A DNA stretch of 63,481 nucleotides, counting the filler, from Thraustochytrium aureum (taxonomy: Eukaryota): the NCBI GenBank assembly GCA_012862495.1. It is 5 parts of 4 records of this genome, joined end to end, with 100 filler letters (N's around TTAATTAATTAA, not from the genome) between each part and the next. Parts side by side here need not be neighbours in the genome. Positions count along the whole stretch, not along the records: positions 31,047 to 50,208 come from BLSG01000254.1; 4 more parts are not named here. One strand, given 5' to 3'. Position 1 is the stretch's first letter; the number at the start of each line of letters is the position of its first letter. Below the pieces are notes generated by a model. It was not told where the DNA came from, searched no databases, and saw only the letters and a program-made list of their open reading frames with translations. Of this stretch, positions 32,169 to 45,204 are shown one piece after another. Position numbers and translations under genes: made by a program.

Positions 32169-33319
32169 CCGTCCCGTCCTCTCCAGCCGCGCCGTCCTGC
32201 GCCCCTTGTGTGCCAGGTCAGCGGCCCGCGCGGCGTCGCTCCCTCGCCGAGCTGCTTTGCGCCGGCCCGCGTCGTCCTTGGCGGCAGGCGTTCTGGCATC
32301 CACCGCGAGTGCGCTCGNNNNNNNNNNNNNNNNNNNNNNNNNNNNNNNNNNNNNNNNNNNNNNNNNNNNNNNNNNNNNNNNNNNNNNNNNNNNNNNNNNN
32401 NNNNNNNNNNNNNNNNNNNNNNNNNNNNNNNNNNNNNNCAAACGGGGGTCTGCGCAGCCGCCTGCAGGTCCCTCTTGTCCTCCGTCGCCGCAATTCTTGA
32501 TCGATCGAAAAAGGGGGAAAAAAAGCGAAAGAACGAAAAGAACAGCCGTGAAGCTCTTCGTTCTGTTCTTTTTTCAATGCAATTTTCTATTCAAGAGGTT
32601 TGCCCGAGATGCCCCTTGGTCTTGATTTTGCCTCGTTTTACCCCCCTGAAATCCTCGTTTTCCACATCTTGGGGCGTATTTGGGAGAGGTATGGGAAAAT
32701 GGCGGAGAAATTAGGTTGGGCCGGCTGTTTGACGGTGCGATGGGCGTGGTGGAGGTCGTCGTGATGGTCGCGCGCTTTGCGGCCATGGAGCGGACGCTTT
32801 CAAGAGGCGTTGCGCGTGCGTGGCTGGCAAGTGAACGAACGGCTCGGGAGGTCCGAGAGGGCTCGGCGCTCAGGGCGCTGGCACTTGAGGCCCGATCCGA
32901 GCAGGAGGATTGACGCGGGTTGGCTGAGCGCTCTCGGGCGCTGCCGTTGCTGAACGTGCTGCTGCACGTTGCACCGCTCGTGGACGCACGTGGATTGACT
33001 CGCCCGGCTCCAGCGCCAGGGCGACCGATCACGATCAGCTCTTCGGCCGCGTCCACGCGGTCGCCACGATGACGAGCACCCTGCTGTTGTTGCATCCTCG
33101 CCTGACCAGTATCTCCTGCCTGCGTCGACCCCAGCACAGGTCCCCTTCCAGAGACGCGCAGCGAGAGCTGCCTGCATGTACGGAGCGGCGGACCGCACGC
33201 AGCGCAGCAGTGCAAGCGGCAGGCCGCGAGTGGCACCAGAAAGCGCGGCGCGGCACGGCGGAACGGCTCAGGGTCGCGCGCAGTCGCCGCGGCGCGACGT
33301 GTCGAGTCGAGCGCGGAAA

Positions 33320-35283
33320 ATGGGATTCTCGCGCACGACCAGGCAGGATGGCCCTCTCAAGCTATCGAGGGCGCAGCAGGGCGCGGCGCTGGCAACCGTG
33401 CTGGGAAGCAGCGCGTTCGGGACAGGCTTTCAGTGCGTACCTGTCATGGCCGTGGTCAGCCTGGTCGGCGTCCTCGCGCTCACGCACACCGCGCAAGACA
33501 GGGCCGACGCGGCTGCCCTCGGCGTTGCGCTGTTGCTTGGCCTGTGGGGCGCGTATGCAACGATATTTGGCTCTGGCGCAGCAGGGCTGGCGCTAAGCTT
33601 TGCCTTTGCGGCGGCCCTGGTGTTGCTTGGAGGCCTCGGCATTTCGAGGCTAATCCGCGTTTTGGGTCGCCGATACCGCGCACTGTCTCTCGAGCGCAGT
33701 GGCGGCGTCATGCTTTTCCCAGTTTGCGTGACAGCGCTGTTCTCGATCATCTCAACAGTCGGGCCTGGCGGGACCTGGGGCGACCTCGCGTACGCTGCGC
33801 TTGGGTGGGACTCGCTTGTCCAGTTCTCCGCCGTGTTTGGGCTGGACGGAATCAACTTTGCGCTCGCATGGACGGCGTCGCCGTCTTTAGCTTTGCCGTG
33901 ATGCCCGCTATCGAGCGCCGAGTGGAGGCAAACACAAAGCCGCGCTCGCGGCGGCCGACCTGGACGCGTCCATGTCGCAGCTGGAGGACTCGGTCCTGCT
34001 CGGCGCCGATGAGCTGAGCCTGGTCGGCACAGAGGCGGCTNNNNNNNNNNNNNNNNNNNNNNNNNNNNNNNNNNNNNNNNNNNNNNNNNNNNNNNNNNNN
34101 NNNNNNNNNNNNNNNNNNNNNNNNNNNNNNNNNNNNNNNNNNNNNNNNNNNNNNNNNNNNNNNNNNNNNNNNNNNNNNNNNNNNNNNNNNNNNNNNNNNN
34201 NNNNNNNNNNNNNNNNNNNNNNNNNNNNNCTCGCAATGCTGGCCGCGGCTGACGAACGTCGTCGGGGGCGGCGCAGGTCGAGCTTGTGGTGCCTGGGAAG
34301 CGCGGTCGTGGCCGCTCTCGCCGTCGGCGGCGCGCTTCAACTCAACAGGTTTGGCAAGTTTGCGCAGCGTGACATCCGCGACTGGGACCGCCGCTCGATA
34401 AATGCGGTGTGCCTTGCTGGCTACGAGGACACGGGCACCCTGGCGGGTCGCCTGAACAAGACCGCCGAAATGGCTTCGCAAGCGCTTTTCGTGGGCCAAA
34501 ACCTTGCGCTGGAGAGCGCGGACCTCATCCTCTGGTCCGAGACGAGCGTGCTCCTGAGCTCCCAGGCAGAAGAGGACGAGTTTTTTGCGGGGATGCGGGC
34601 TATCGCCCGCGAAACGAAGACGGTCATTGGGTTTGGGTACGCCCGGGCAATCCCCCACACCTCTGCAGGGTTTTCCAAGCGCAACATGTTTGCGCTCATT
34701 CTCGACAACGGGGACGTCGCGATGCGCTACCAGAAGGTCCACCCCGTGGTTGGGGTTGAAACCGATGTGGAGCCCGGCGAGCGCGCCGCCGCCGCGGTCG
34801 AGACCTGGTTTGGAACCGTTTCCGCAGCGATCTGCTTTGACTTTGACTTTCCCAACTTTATCCGGACGGCTTCAACGAATGCGGCGATCATGCTGCAGCC
34901 TGGCTGGGACTGGGGGCCCATCGGCACCTGGCACGCGAGGATGGACGCCATGCGCGCCGTGGAGAACGGCTTCACCTTGTTTCGGTGCAGCACCGGGCGG
35001 CGTTTCAGGCGTGTACGACCCGTTCGGGAACGTTGTGGCCGAAGCGCTGTTGAGCACGGACGCCGATGGGGTCGGCGCGCCAGCCTCGGCGGGCTATACG
35101 GCGCAAATCCCGCTGCACGGCCGGCAGTGGACCCTGTACGCGGCTATTGGCGGCGCGCTGGGCTACCTCTGCGTCATGTTTTGGATTTTCCTGGTTGTGG
35201 TGGCCTTTCTGCCAGCGCCGTTTGTGATGCGGACGGCGTCGCTCTCACGGTGGCTTGAGCCCGTCGTGAGCGTCGAGTTGTAG
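33320..35283 (+). CDS. Apolipoprotein N-acyltransferase-like (Lnt-like) membrane protein, nitrilase/CN-hydrolase superfamily; frameshifts near 33880 and 34995, internal gap
   Basis: Multi-TM N-terminus with WGDLAY..LVQFSAVFGLDGINF; triad ILWSET (E), YQKVHP (K), ICFDFDFP (C); RAVENG, SGVYDPFG, TLYAAIG plus final TM. Confidence 0.85.
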
Positions 35284-35684
35284 CTACTACATAAGTCGGC
35301 CTACCGATTCTGGTGAAACCAATCAACCGATGAATCAAACCCCGTCCGTCAATCCCAGAAGCCGAGACCGCCCCACCCCGCCTCGCCCTGTCTCGCCTCG
35401 CCCCGCCCCGCTGCCCAAGCGTTCGTTCCGTCTCTGCGCGCGTCAGGCGCCGAAAAGCTGAGACAGCCGTGGAAGGGACGACCAGCTCGGGAGCTCTTTT
35501 TTGTTTGCTTGCCCCTCCACGCCAGAGCCGACCTCCGCAGCGCCGACCTCGCGGCTGCCTGCCCGCAAACGCCTCGGCCTTGTTGAGTTGAGCAACGGCA
35601 CGCCCTGCGCCTGCCCGCCCTTGGCGCTTGGGCAGCGGCACCGCGGGCGGACCTGGCTTTTCGGCGACTGCGCGTCGACATCAG

Positions 35685-36811
35685 ATGGCTCGAGTCGCAG
35701 AAGCCTGCGCCGCGGCCGCGCTGGGCGTCCTGGCGGCTGCGGCCTGGTGGGCTCTGGGGGCCGCCGCGGCGAGGGTTTGGCGGGTCCGACAAGAGCTCGT
35801 GGCGGCAAGCGAGAAAGACAAGGACGCCCTGCGGATAGGCCTGGTCGGCGCTTCGCAGATATCGACCTTCGCGGCGGTCTTTGCCGCGCGCAAGTCAAAG
35901 CGCGTCGTGATCCGCGCAGTGGCCTCGAGGGACGCGGACAAAGCGCGGTCGTTCGCCGCGAAACATGGGATCCCTGTGGTGCATGATAGCTTTGAGGAGT
36001 TGCTCGCGGACTCGGAAATGACGCCGTCTATGTCAGCGTCCCGACGGAACTGCACCTCGAGTACGGCCTAGCCGCCGTGGCCGCCGGCAAACACGTCCTG
36101 ATGGAAAAGCCGCTGGCGATGGACGCGAAGGAGGCGGAGCTGCTCGGCGAGGCGGCAAAGCGCAACGGAGTCGTGCTGTTGGAGGCCATGCACTATCGGC
36201 ACCACCCCGTCGCGCTGCGCGCAAAGGAGATCGTCCACAGCGGACGACTGGGGAAGGTGAAGTCCGTTCGCGCACGGTTCGTTATGCTGGACAAGCACGC
36301 GTGGGGCTTTGGCGAGCCGCGCTCGGCAGACAAGATTGCAACCAAGATGCTCGACCGCTGGATCTACTGCGTGGACGCGATTCGCCTGGTGTGCGGCGCG
36401 GAGCCCGCCAGAGTCGCGTCGGCCACGCAGGAGCCCTACCGCGTCAGTGCGGCGCTCGAAATGCCGGGGGGCGTGGAGGCCACGCTGCTCGCAGACGCCA
36501 AGTCGGTCTCGTTCTACGAGTGGGATTTGCACGTTGACGGTTCTGCAGGGTCGATGTTCGTCAAGAACTTTGGGTTTCCGTTTCTGTACCACCGCATCGA
36601 GCTCACGGACGCCGCGACAGGCGCCACGAGAACCATCAAGGAGTACGGGGGCGGCGAGTCAACGTTTGAGCTGCAACTGGCAGCGTTCGAGTCCGCCGTT
36701 CGAAGCGGCTTGCCAGGCGACCTCGCATCCGCATCCAACGCAGCTGCCAACCTGCGCGTGGTGGACGCGGTCCGCGCCGCTTTCGCAGCCGCCGCCACAG
36801 CCCGCGCGTGA
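35685..36811 (+). CDS. Gfo/Idh/MocA family oxidoreductase; frameshift near 36020
   Basis: LRIGLVGASQIS, AVASRD, AGKHVLMEKP, LLEAMHYRHHP; N-terminal hydrophobic segment. Confidence 0.9.
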
Positions 36812-37903
36812 GCCAAAACCGTATTGTTTGTGTCATGACTCTCCGCAAGCGCGACCCGCCGCACGGGGTGCTGCAAGCCTGCAACCTCAAAAGCCGCCGT
36901 AGTAAAACAAAGCAGCCGAGCGCTTGAGCATGCGATGCGGGCCATGNNNNNNNNNNNNNNNNNNNNNNNNNNNNNNNNNNNNNNNNNNNNNNNNNNNNNN
37001 NNNNNNNNNNNNNNNNNNNNNNNNNNNNNNNNNNNNNNNNNNNNNNNNNNNNNNNNNNNNNNNNNNNNNNNNNNNNNNNNNNNNNNNNNNNNNNNNNNNN
37101 NNNNNNNNNNNNNNNNNNNNNNNNNNNNNNNNNNNNNNNNNNNNNNNNNNNNNNNNNNNNNNNNNNNNNNNNNNNNNNNNNNNNNNNNNNNNNNNNNNNN
37201 NNNNNNNNNNNNNNNNNNNNNNNNNNNNNNNNNNNNNNNNNNNNNNNNNNNNNNNNNNNNNNNNNNNNNNNNNNNNNNNNNNNNNNNNNNNNNNNNNNNN
37301 NNNNNNNNNNNNNNNNNNNNNNNNNNNNNNNNNNNNNNNNNNNNNNNNNNNNNNNNNNNNNNNNNNNNNNNNNNNNNNNNNNNNNNNNNNNNNNNNNNNN
37401 NNNNNNNNNNNNNNNNNNNNNNNNNNNNNNNNNNNNNNNNNNNNNNNNNNNNNNNNNNNNNNNNNNNNNNNNNNNNNNNNNNNNNNNNNNNNNNNNNNNN
37501 NNNNNNNNNNNNNNNNNNNNNNNNNNNNNNNNNNNNNNNNNNNNNNNNNNNNNNNNNNNNNNNNNNNNNNNNNNNNNNNNNNNNNNNNNNNNNNNNNNNN
37601 NNNNNNNNNNNNNNNNNNNNNNNNNNNNNNNNNNNNNNNNNNNNNNNNNNNNNNNNNNNNNNNNNNNNNNNNNNNNNNNNNNNAGACGCAGCAGCAGACG
37701 CAGCAGCAGACACGGACGCGGGCAGACAGACAGGCAGGCAGACAGGCAGGCAGGCAGGGACGCGGGAGCCGAGAGAGTTCGCCGAGGTCGTCCATCCCTC
37801 CGTCCATCCCTCCGTCTTTCAGTCGGTCGCGCAGGCAAGGAAGTGTGCTTGATCGCGAGGTTGGCGAGGAGGAGATCATCGACGGGTTGAAGGACAGAGC
37901 AAG

Positions 37904-40900
37904 ATGCCGCGGCGGTCGGGACGCAACTCGAAGGCGAGCGAAGCGGCGAACGGGGACGCCGGCAGTGAGCCGAAGAGGGCCCGCGTGATGGATTCGCGCG
38001 ACGTGCACTCGCCGATCATGATTCGGGGGTCCGGGTCCAACGCCACCCTGTCGGCGAATGACGAGACCGCTGTGCTGCGGTTTGAGAACGGCGTCGAGGC
38101 GAAGGGGTTTTCGTTCGGGGCGCGCAAGTCGATGGCCGGCGAGGTGGTGTTCAACACGGCCATGGTGGGCTACCCCGAGGCGCTGACCGACCCGTCGTAC
38201 GCGGGCCAGATCCTCGTGCTGACGTACCCGCTGGTGGGCAACTACGGCGTGCCGAGCGAGGACGAAAAGGACGAGAACGGGCTGCCCCTGCACATGGAGA
38301 GCACCAAGGTACAGGTCGCCGGCCTGATCGTGAGCGACTACAGCCGCGAGTACAGCCACTGGCAGGCGGTCCAGTCGCTGGGCGACTGGCTGACCAAGCA
38401 CAACGTCCCCGCGCTGCACGGCATCGACACGCGCATGCTCACCAAGATGCTGCGCGAGCACGGCACCTGCCTCGGCAAGATCGAGTTTGGCGGCGAGAAG
38501 GTGCCCTTCTCCGACCCGAGCAAGATCAACCTGGTCGCACTGGTCTCGACCAAGGAGGTGCGCGTCTTCAACAAGGGCGCCAAGCTGCGCATCCTGGCCT
38601 ACGACTGCGGCATGAAGCTGAACATCGTGCGCGAGTTCCTCAAGCGCGGCGTGGAGCTCACCGTGGTGCCCTACGACTTTGACGTGACCAGCCACGAGGG
38701 CAAGTTTGACGGCCTGTTCATCTCGAACGGGCCTGGAGACCCCGTCCAGGCCGCCGCGACCGTCGAGCAGATCAAGAAGGTGATGGAGATGCGCAACGTG
38801 TCGGACAGCGGCCGCATGCGCGCGATCCCGATCTTTGGCATCTGCCTAGGCAACCAGCTGCTGGCGCTTGCCGCGGGCGGCCGCACCTTCAAGATGAAGT
38901 ACGGCAATCGGGGGGCCAACCAGCCCTGCATCGACCTGCGCACGACGCAGTGCTACATCACGTCGCAGAACCACGGGTACGCGGTGGACGACAAGGCCCT
39001 GCCGGCTGGGTGGAAGTCCTTCTTCGTCAACGCCAACGACCTGACGAACGAGGGCATCATCCACGAGGAGCTGCCGTACTTTTCGGTCCAGTTCCACCCG
39101 GAGGCGAAGAACGGCCCTCTGGACACGACCTTTTTGTTCGACACCTTCCTGCAGCAGGTGGCCGAGGACCGCGCCAAGCACACCCTGGTGCCCTCGATCA
39201 TGTACGAGCAGCCCTCGGTGCGCAAGTGCATCCTGGTCGGCTCGGGGGGGCTCAGCATCGGCCAGGCCGGCGAGTTTGACTACTCGGGCAGCCAGGCCAT
39301 CAAGGCCCTCAAGGAGGAGGGCATCGAGGTGATCCTCATCAACCCGAACATTGCCACGGTGCAGACCAGCAAGGACTTTGCCGACAAGGTCTACTTTCTG
39401 CCGGTGACGCCCGACATGGTGCTGAGCGTGATCAAGAAGGAGCGCCCCGACTCGATCGTGGTCTCCATGGGCGGCCAGACCGCGCTCAACGTGGGCATCG
39501 AGCTCTACAAGCGCGGCGACCTGGAGAAGCACAACGTCAAGGTGCTCGGCACGCCCATCCCTGTGATCCAGGCCACCGAGGACCGCCAGGAGTTTGCCGA
39601 CAAGCTGGCCGAGATCAACGAGAGCGCGGCGCAGAGCATCTCGGCAACCACGCTGGAGAGCGCGAAAGAGGCGGCCCTNNNNNNNNNNNNNNNNNNNNNN
39701 NNNNNNNNNNNNNNNNNNNNNNNNAAGNTCGGGTTCCCGTGCTCGTGCGCGCCGCGTTCGCCCTGGGCGGCCTCGGCTCGGGCTTCGCCGCCAACATGGA
39801 CGAGTTCACCCAGCTGGCCAAGAAGGCCTTCTCCGCCTCGCCGCAGATCATCATCGACGAGGATCTTCGCGGCTGGAAGGAGGTCGAGTACGAGGTGGTG
39901 CGCGACTGCAAGGACAACTGCGTCACGGTCTGCAACATGGAGAACTTTGACCCGCTCGGGATCCACACCGGCGACTCGATTGTGATCGCGCCGAGCCAGA
40001 CGCTCTCCAACGACGAGTACATGATGCTGCGCGAGACGGCGCTCAAGGTGGTGCGCCACCTGGGCGTGGTGGGCGAGTGCAACATCCAGTATGCGCTGCA
40101 CCCCAGCTCGATGCGGTACTGCATCATCGAGGTGAACGCGCGCCTCTCGCGCAGCAGCGCGCTTGCCTCCAAGGCCACTGGGTACCCGCTCGCCTACGTG
40201 GCCGCCAAGCTGGCGCTTGGCAAGGACTTGGTCATGGTGCGCAACTCGGTGACCCAGACCACGACGGCCTGCTTTGAGCCGTCGCTCGACTATGTGGTCG
40301 CCAAGGTGCCCCGCTGGGACCTGAAAAAGTTTCACCGCGTCAGCGACTCGCTCGGCTCGAGCATGAAGTCGGTCGGCGAGGTGATGGCCATCGGGCGCAA
40401 GTTCGAGGAGGTTATCCAGAAGGCGGTCCGCATGGTGGACCCCTCGCTGACCGGGTTTGACTCGACCGCGCTCGACAAGAAAGACGTCAAGAGCTACACC
40501 GGCGACGCGGACCTGGACAGCCAGCTGCGCAACCCGACGTCGCTGCGCCTGTTCGTGGTCGCGCGCGCGCTCGAAAACGGCTACTCGGTGGACCGCGTGC
40601 ACTCGCTCACGCGGATCGACCCCTGGTTCCTGCACAAGCTCAAGAACATCACGGACATGCAGGCCGCGCTCAAGGCGCGCGGCAGCCTCCAGAGCATCGA
40701 CAAGGTGATGATGCGGACGCTCAAGTGCCACGGGTTTGCCGACGCGCACATCGCCAAGGCGGTCGGCGTCGACGAGGTGGCTGTCCGCCGCCGCCGCGTG
40801 CACGAGCTGGGCGTCACGCCCGTGGTCAAGCAGATCGACACGCTGGGCGCCGAGTTCCCAGCGCACACCAACTACCTGTACATGACGTACAACGGGTCGG

Positions 40901-42717
40901 AGCACGACCTGCGGTTCCAGGAGAACGGCGTGATCGTCCTCGGCAACGGCGCCTACTCTATCGGAAGCTCGGTCGAGTTTGACTGGTGCGCCATGTCGTG
41001 CGTGCGCACGCTCCGGAAGAACGGAATCCCGGCCATCGTGGTCAACTACAACCCCGAGACGGTCTCCACCGACTACGACGAGTCTGACCGGCTCTACTTT
41101 GAAGAGCTCAGCTTCGAGCGCGTGCTGGACATTTACGAGGTCGAGCGGTCCATGGGCGTCGTGGTCTCTGTGGGCGGGCAGATCCCCAACTGCCTCGCGC
41201 TCCCGCTCTCTCGCCAGGGCGTCAACGTGCTGGGGACGAGCCCGAGCTCGATCGACACGGCCGAGGACCGCAACAAGTTTTCCGCGCTCCTCGACACGCT
41301 CGGCGTGGACCAGCCGGCCTGGGGCCAGGCGACGACGCCAGAGGCGGCCGACGCGTTCGCCCAGGAGGTGGGGTACCCGGTGCTCGTGCGCCCTAGCTAC
41401 GTGCTGAGCGGCGCCTCGATGCGCGTGGCCACCACCAAGGAGCAGCTGACCGAGTTCCTCGAGACGGCCGCCGACGTCTCGGACGAGTACCCCGTCGTGG
41501 TCTCCAAGTTTATCGAGAACGCCAAGGAGATCGAGTTTGACGCCGTCGCCAAGGACGGCCAGATCCTAAACTACGCCCTCAGCGAGCACGTCGAGAACGC
41601 CGGCGTGCACTCGGGCGACGCCACGCTCGTCTTGCCCGCGCAGCGGCTCTACACCGAGACGCAGCGCCGCGTCAAGCGCATTGCGGGCAATATCGCCGCT
41701 GCGCTCAACATCACGGGGCCCTTCAACATCCAGTTCATCTGCCGCCGCAACGACGTCAAGGTGATCGAGTGCAACCTGCGCGCGAGCCGCAGCTTCCCGT
41801 TCGTCAGCAAGACCTTCAACACCAACTTTATCGAGCTGGCCACGCGCGCCATGGTGGGCCTCCCGGTCCACCCGGCCAACATCAAGCTGTTGGACCTCGA
41901 CTACGTGTGCGTCAAGTCGCCCATGTTTTCCTTCACGCGCCTCCAGGGTGCCGACCCGACGCTCGGCGTGGAGATGGCCTCCACCGGCGAGGTGGCCTGC
42001 TTTGGCGTCGACTTCCACGAGGCGTTTTTGCTGAGTATCATGTCGTCCGGGCTCAAGCTGCCGACCAAGGAAAAGGGCATCCTCTTCGCGGTGGGGCCGA
42101 GCTCGATGAAGGAGGAGCTCGCGCACCACGCCAAGACACTGGTCACGCTGGGCTTCAAGCTCTTCGGAACCGAGGGGACCGCCAAGGCGTTCCAGGAGAA
42201 GGGCGTCGACATTCAAGTCATCCACAAACCCTCCTCGAGCGACCACCCCAATGTGAACGATGCGCTCAGCGAGGGCAAGATTGGCTTTGTCATCAACATT
42301 CCGGACTCGATGAACCGCGTGGACGAGAGCGACGGGTACCGGATCCGCCGCACGGCCGTCGATTACGGCGTGCCGCTCCTCACCAACGACAAGGCAGCGA
42401 TTGCGCTCATCGAGTCGCTCGCCTCTGTGCGCCAGATTCCGTGCCTGTCGATGCAGGACTTTTACGCAATCGGCAAAGCGACCACTTCGTACTCGAAGCC
42501 GACGCAGAGGCTGTTCCGTCCGAGCTCCAACTCGCTCTCCTCGAGCTCCAAGACGCCGCGGAACAACTCGATGAGCTTTGACTTTGCTGACAACTCGCAG
42601 GTGCAAAAGGCCATCCTCGAGACCACGCTTCTGCGCAAGCGAGCGCGCACGGGCTCGATCTCGGGCGCTGCTGCTGACGAGCTCAACCCGGAGATGATGC
42701 AGGTTTTGCGTGACTGA
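37904..42717 (+). CDS. CPS: Glutamine-dependent carbamoyl-phosphate synthetase, fused small (GATase) and large subunits, no DHOase/ATCase; short gap 39679-39723
   Basis: GEVVFNT.MVGYPEALTDPSY, SNGPGDP, GICLG (catalytic Cys), QFHPE, IGQAGEFDYSGSQA, duplicated ATP-grasp, C-terminal MGS-like domain. Confidence 0.97.
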
Positions 42718-43227
42718 GATCGCGGCCAAGGCTAGCGCAAGCGCGCGTGCGGGATTCGGCTGGTCGAGGCGGGCGCCGGACGCCGCACGTTCAACAGACT
42801 AGAAGACCAGAAGACCAGACATTTACCCTCACCATTGAATTCGCCCCGACCTTGACGCCCCCCCCTTGGAGCGCTTGTCTTGTGTTGGCGTGCTTGGGAC
42901 GACCGGGGGGTTGTTTCGAGACTCTGCGCCTGTGCGAGGACTTGCGCAGGCTTGGTGCCCTGGATCAAGGTGTAGGTGTCAAACTAAGTCATTTACAGTT
43001 GCTTTAGCGTTATGGTCACGTATTGTCAGTCGTCTGTCTGTCTGTCTGGCTGTCTGTCAGCGTTCAAGAGGTGCGGTCCACTAGCGGCCGCCCTCGAACG
43101 GTCTGGTCTGTCTACTCGTGCTCGTCGCACAGGCTCGCGCAGCGGCCGCACGCACTACTTGGGCGCGGTCGCCGCGTGCAGCGGACTAGTTCTATCTCTC
43201 CTCTCGGCCACGCGGCCCGCGGCGGCC

Positions 43228-43905
43228 TCAAAACTCGGGCAGGTCGAACTGGTCCAGGTAGCGGGCGTACTCGTTGTCGTCGACGTAGAGCTGAAAGTCG
43301 AAGAGCTTGCAAAACTCTGACTCGAGCGCGTTGACCTCGTTCATCTGCACGCCGCCCACCTTGGACCAAAAGCTGTTGGAGATTGGCGTGTCCTCGGTAA
43401 ACTTGACCGAGACCAGAAAGCCCGCGCACAAAAGGCGGTGCACGTTGAGCTGGTTGATGGCGTAGTCTGGCCGAGAGCGCTCGAGCTTCTCCAGGTAATA
43501 GATGGTCATGACTGCGGCCCTCACGCCGGCAGACTCGCGCCCGCCGGCATGACCGCGCCACACGTTGACGTACCGCGCGAGGCGCGCAACGTAGTCGTAC
43601 ACGCTCACAGCAGGCACCTTGCCGGTGGAGAAGTGGTCGTCCACGTTCAGGCGGTCCTCGGCCGCCAGCCTCTGCTCGAGGTTTTGCGCAATATTGTCAA
43701 TGATGTGCAGGCCGTCCTCGTTGAGCGCGTTGCTCTCGTTGAGGGCCGCCCCTCGCGTGCTGTTGATGTCGCTCACGTCCGAGGGGATGCGCTTCGCGCT
43801 GGCCCTCTTCTTGGGCTGGAGCTTTTGCATCAGCCCGTCCATCCGATGGGAGAGGCGCTTGAGCGACATCCGCCGTGACAGCCTGTTCTCCTCGTTGATG
43901 CCCAT
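43228..43905 (-). CDS. P/U-type (PHO80-like) cyclin
   Basis: VPAVSVYDYVARLARY, NVHRLL..GFLVSVKFTED, NSFWSKVGGV..EVNALESEF..LFDFQLYV. Confidence 0.92.
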   Translation of the reverse strand: MGINEENRLSRRMSLKRLSHRMDGLMQKLQPKKRASAKRIPSDVSDINSTRGAALNESNALNEDGLHIIDNIAQNLEQRLAAEDRLNVDDHFSTGKVPAVSVYDYVARLARYVNVWRGHAGGRESAGVRAAVMTIYYLEKLERSRPDYAINQLNVHRLLCAGFLVSVKFTEDTPISNSFWSKVGGVQMNEVNALESEFCKLFDFQLYVDDNEYARYLDQFDLPEF

Positions 43906-45048
43906 CTTGGCGAGTGCTGCTGCTCGAGCTTGGACTTGCGGAGAATCTCGTTGGGGATCTGCGCAAGGTGCAGTTGCCGCCTGCTGCTACTGAACTGATG
44001 AGATTGATGTTTGTTGTTCGGGATCTGCTAAACTCGGGTTTGCACGCGCAGAACGGCTCGGTCGAGTTGGGGGTGCACGCCCACTTGGGCGAATCGTCTA
44101 CCTACAAATACCAAGACCAACGAATCAAGCGAGCACGAGCAACGGCGGAGGCCCTTGCGCTGTCACGCATCACGTCTCCTCCCTCCCACCAGGGCGTGGT
44201 GCGTTCCTGCCGATCGACGAGGGCGTGCGAGCGAGCAAGCGCGGCCGATGAGGGCGTGCGAGCAGCGCCGCAGCATGCCGTGCGCCGTTGGCAGGACGGA
44301 CGACGCCCTTGTCGTCTGCGAGCAAAGGTTGAGTGAGTACCTACTAAGCATCTTCACGAGGTTTGGCTGCACGCACGCACGCACGGACGCACGCAACCTC
44401 AGGCTTGCTCCGCCCCACAAAACCGGATTCGGAAAAAAGCAGCTCAGAATAGGAAAAACTAGTAAGGGGAGCCACACGCGCGCGCATTCTGAAGTCGTGC
44501 TTCGTTTTGGGGCACCGGCGCAGGCAGCGCTCTTCGCGACACTCGCCGAGCTTCTCTTGCACTCCACGGCGCACGCCGCACAGGCAGGCCTGCACGCGGC
44601 GACTCGGATGGCCGCGGCCACGTCAAATCTCAGGCTCCCACTCTCGAGGGCGCCCGACAGGAGCGCACGCACGACACATCATTGTGTCACGGTCTCCATG
44701 ACACGCGAGCTCTACGCTAGACTCCAGAGGCAAGTAGGCCTCCACGAGCTCTAGCTAGAGCTAGAGAGTGTAGCCTGCGCCAGCCAAGCCAACCAGGTCA
44801 TCGAGCCCTGAGCACTACATTTTACAGCATGGCATGCAGGTCTTCTGGTGGATGCGCCAGCGCCAGCAGGCAGCCGGCCAGCCAGCCAGCCAGGCAGGCA
44901 CCGGCCATGTTTTCCTGCTCTACGCGCCGTCCATGCCGCCGTCGCTCGCGAGCGCGTTGACGAGTTGACGCGCGCAAAGGGCGCTTGCTTTTTTCCATTG
45001 CATTCCATCCCAAAGACGGCGCGCGCGTCCCTTTCAGGAGCAGCCTCG

Positions 45049-45204
45049 ACCCTAACTGACCGCGGGGGAACCCTAACTGACCGCGGGGGTACCCTAACTG
45101 ACCACGGTGGAACCCTAACTGACCGCGGAGGAACCCCGCGGGAGAACCCTAACTGACCGCGGGGGTACCCTAACTGACCGCGGGGGAACCCGAACGGGTT
45201 CCCC
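45049..45204. repeat. 21-bp tandem repeat ACCCTAACTGACCGCGGGGG(A/T), six full units plus one partial, ending in a 10-bp inverted repeat
   Basis: Units at 45049, 45070, 45091, 45112, (partial 45133), 45146, 45167; GGGGAACCCG-AA-CGGGTTCCCC at 45183-45204. Confidence 0.92.

Noticed and set aside
32574..33236. Small gene between the RADX-like and Lnt-like genes
   Set aside because: ORFs exist on both strands but show no motif or convincing codon pattern; cannot be supported.
37684..37903. Arginine-attenuator-type uORF upstream of CPS
   Set aside because: No ATG in the sequenced leader; the region further upstream is a gap and cannot be assessed.
36887..42729. Long antisense ORFs opposite CPS and other genes
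   Set aside because: Expected shadow ORFs of strongly GC3-biased genes, with no recognisable domains.
45049..45204. CRISPR array
   Set aside because: Units are contiguous with no unique spacers, there are no cas genes, and the context is eukaryotic. The same applies to 9562-9730 and 57087-57171.
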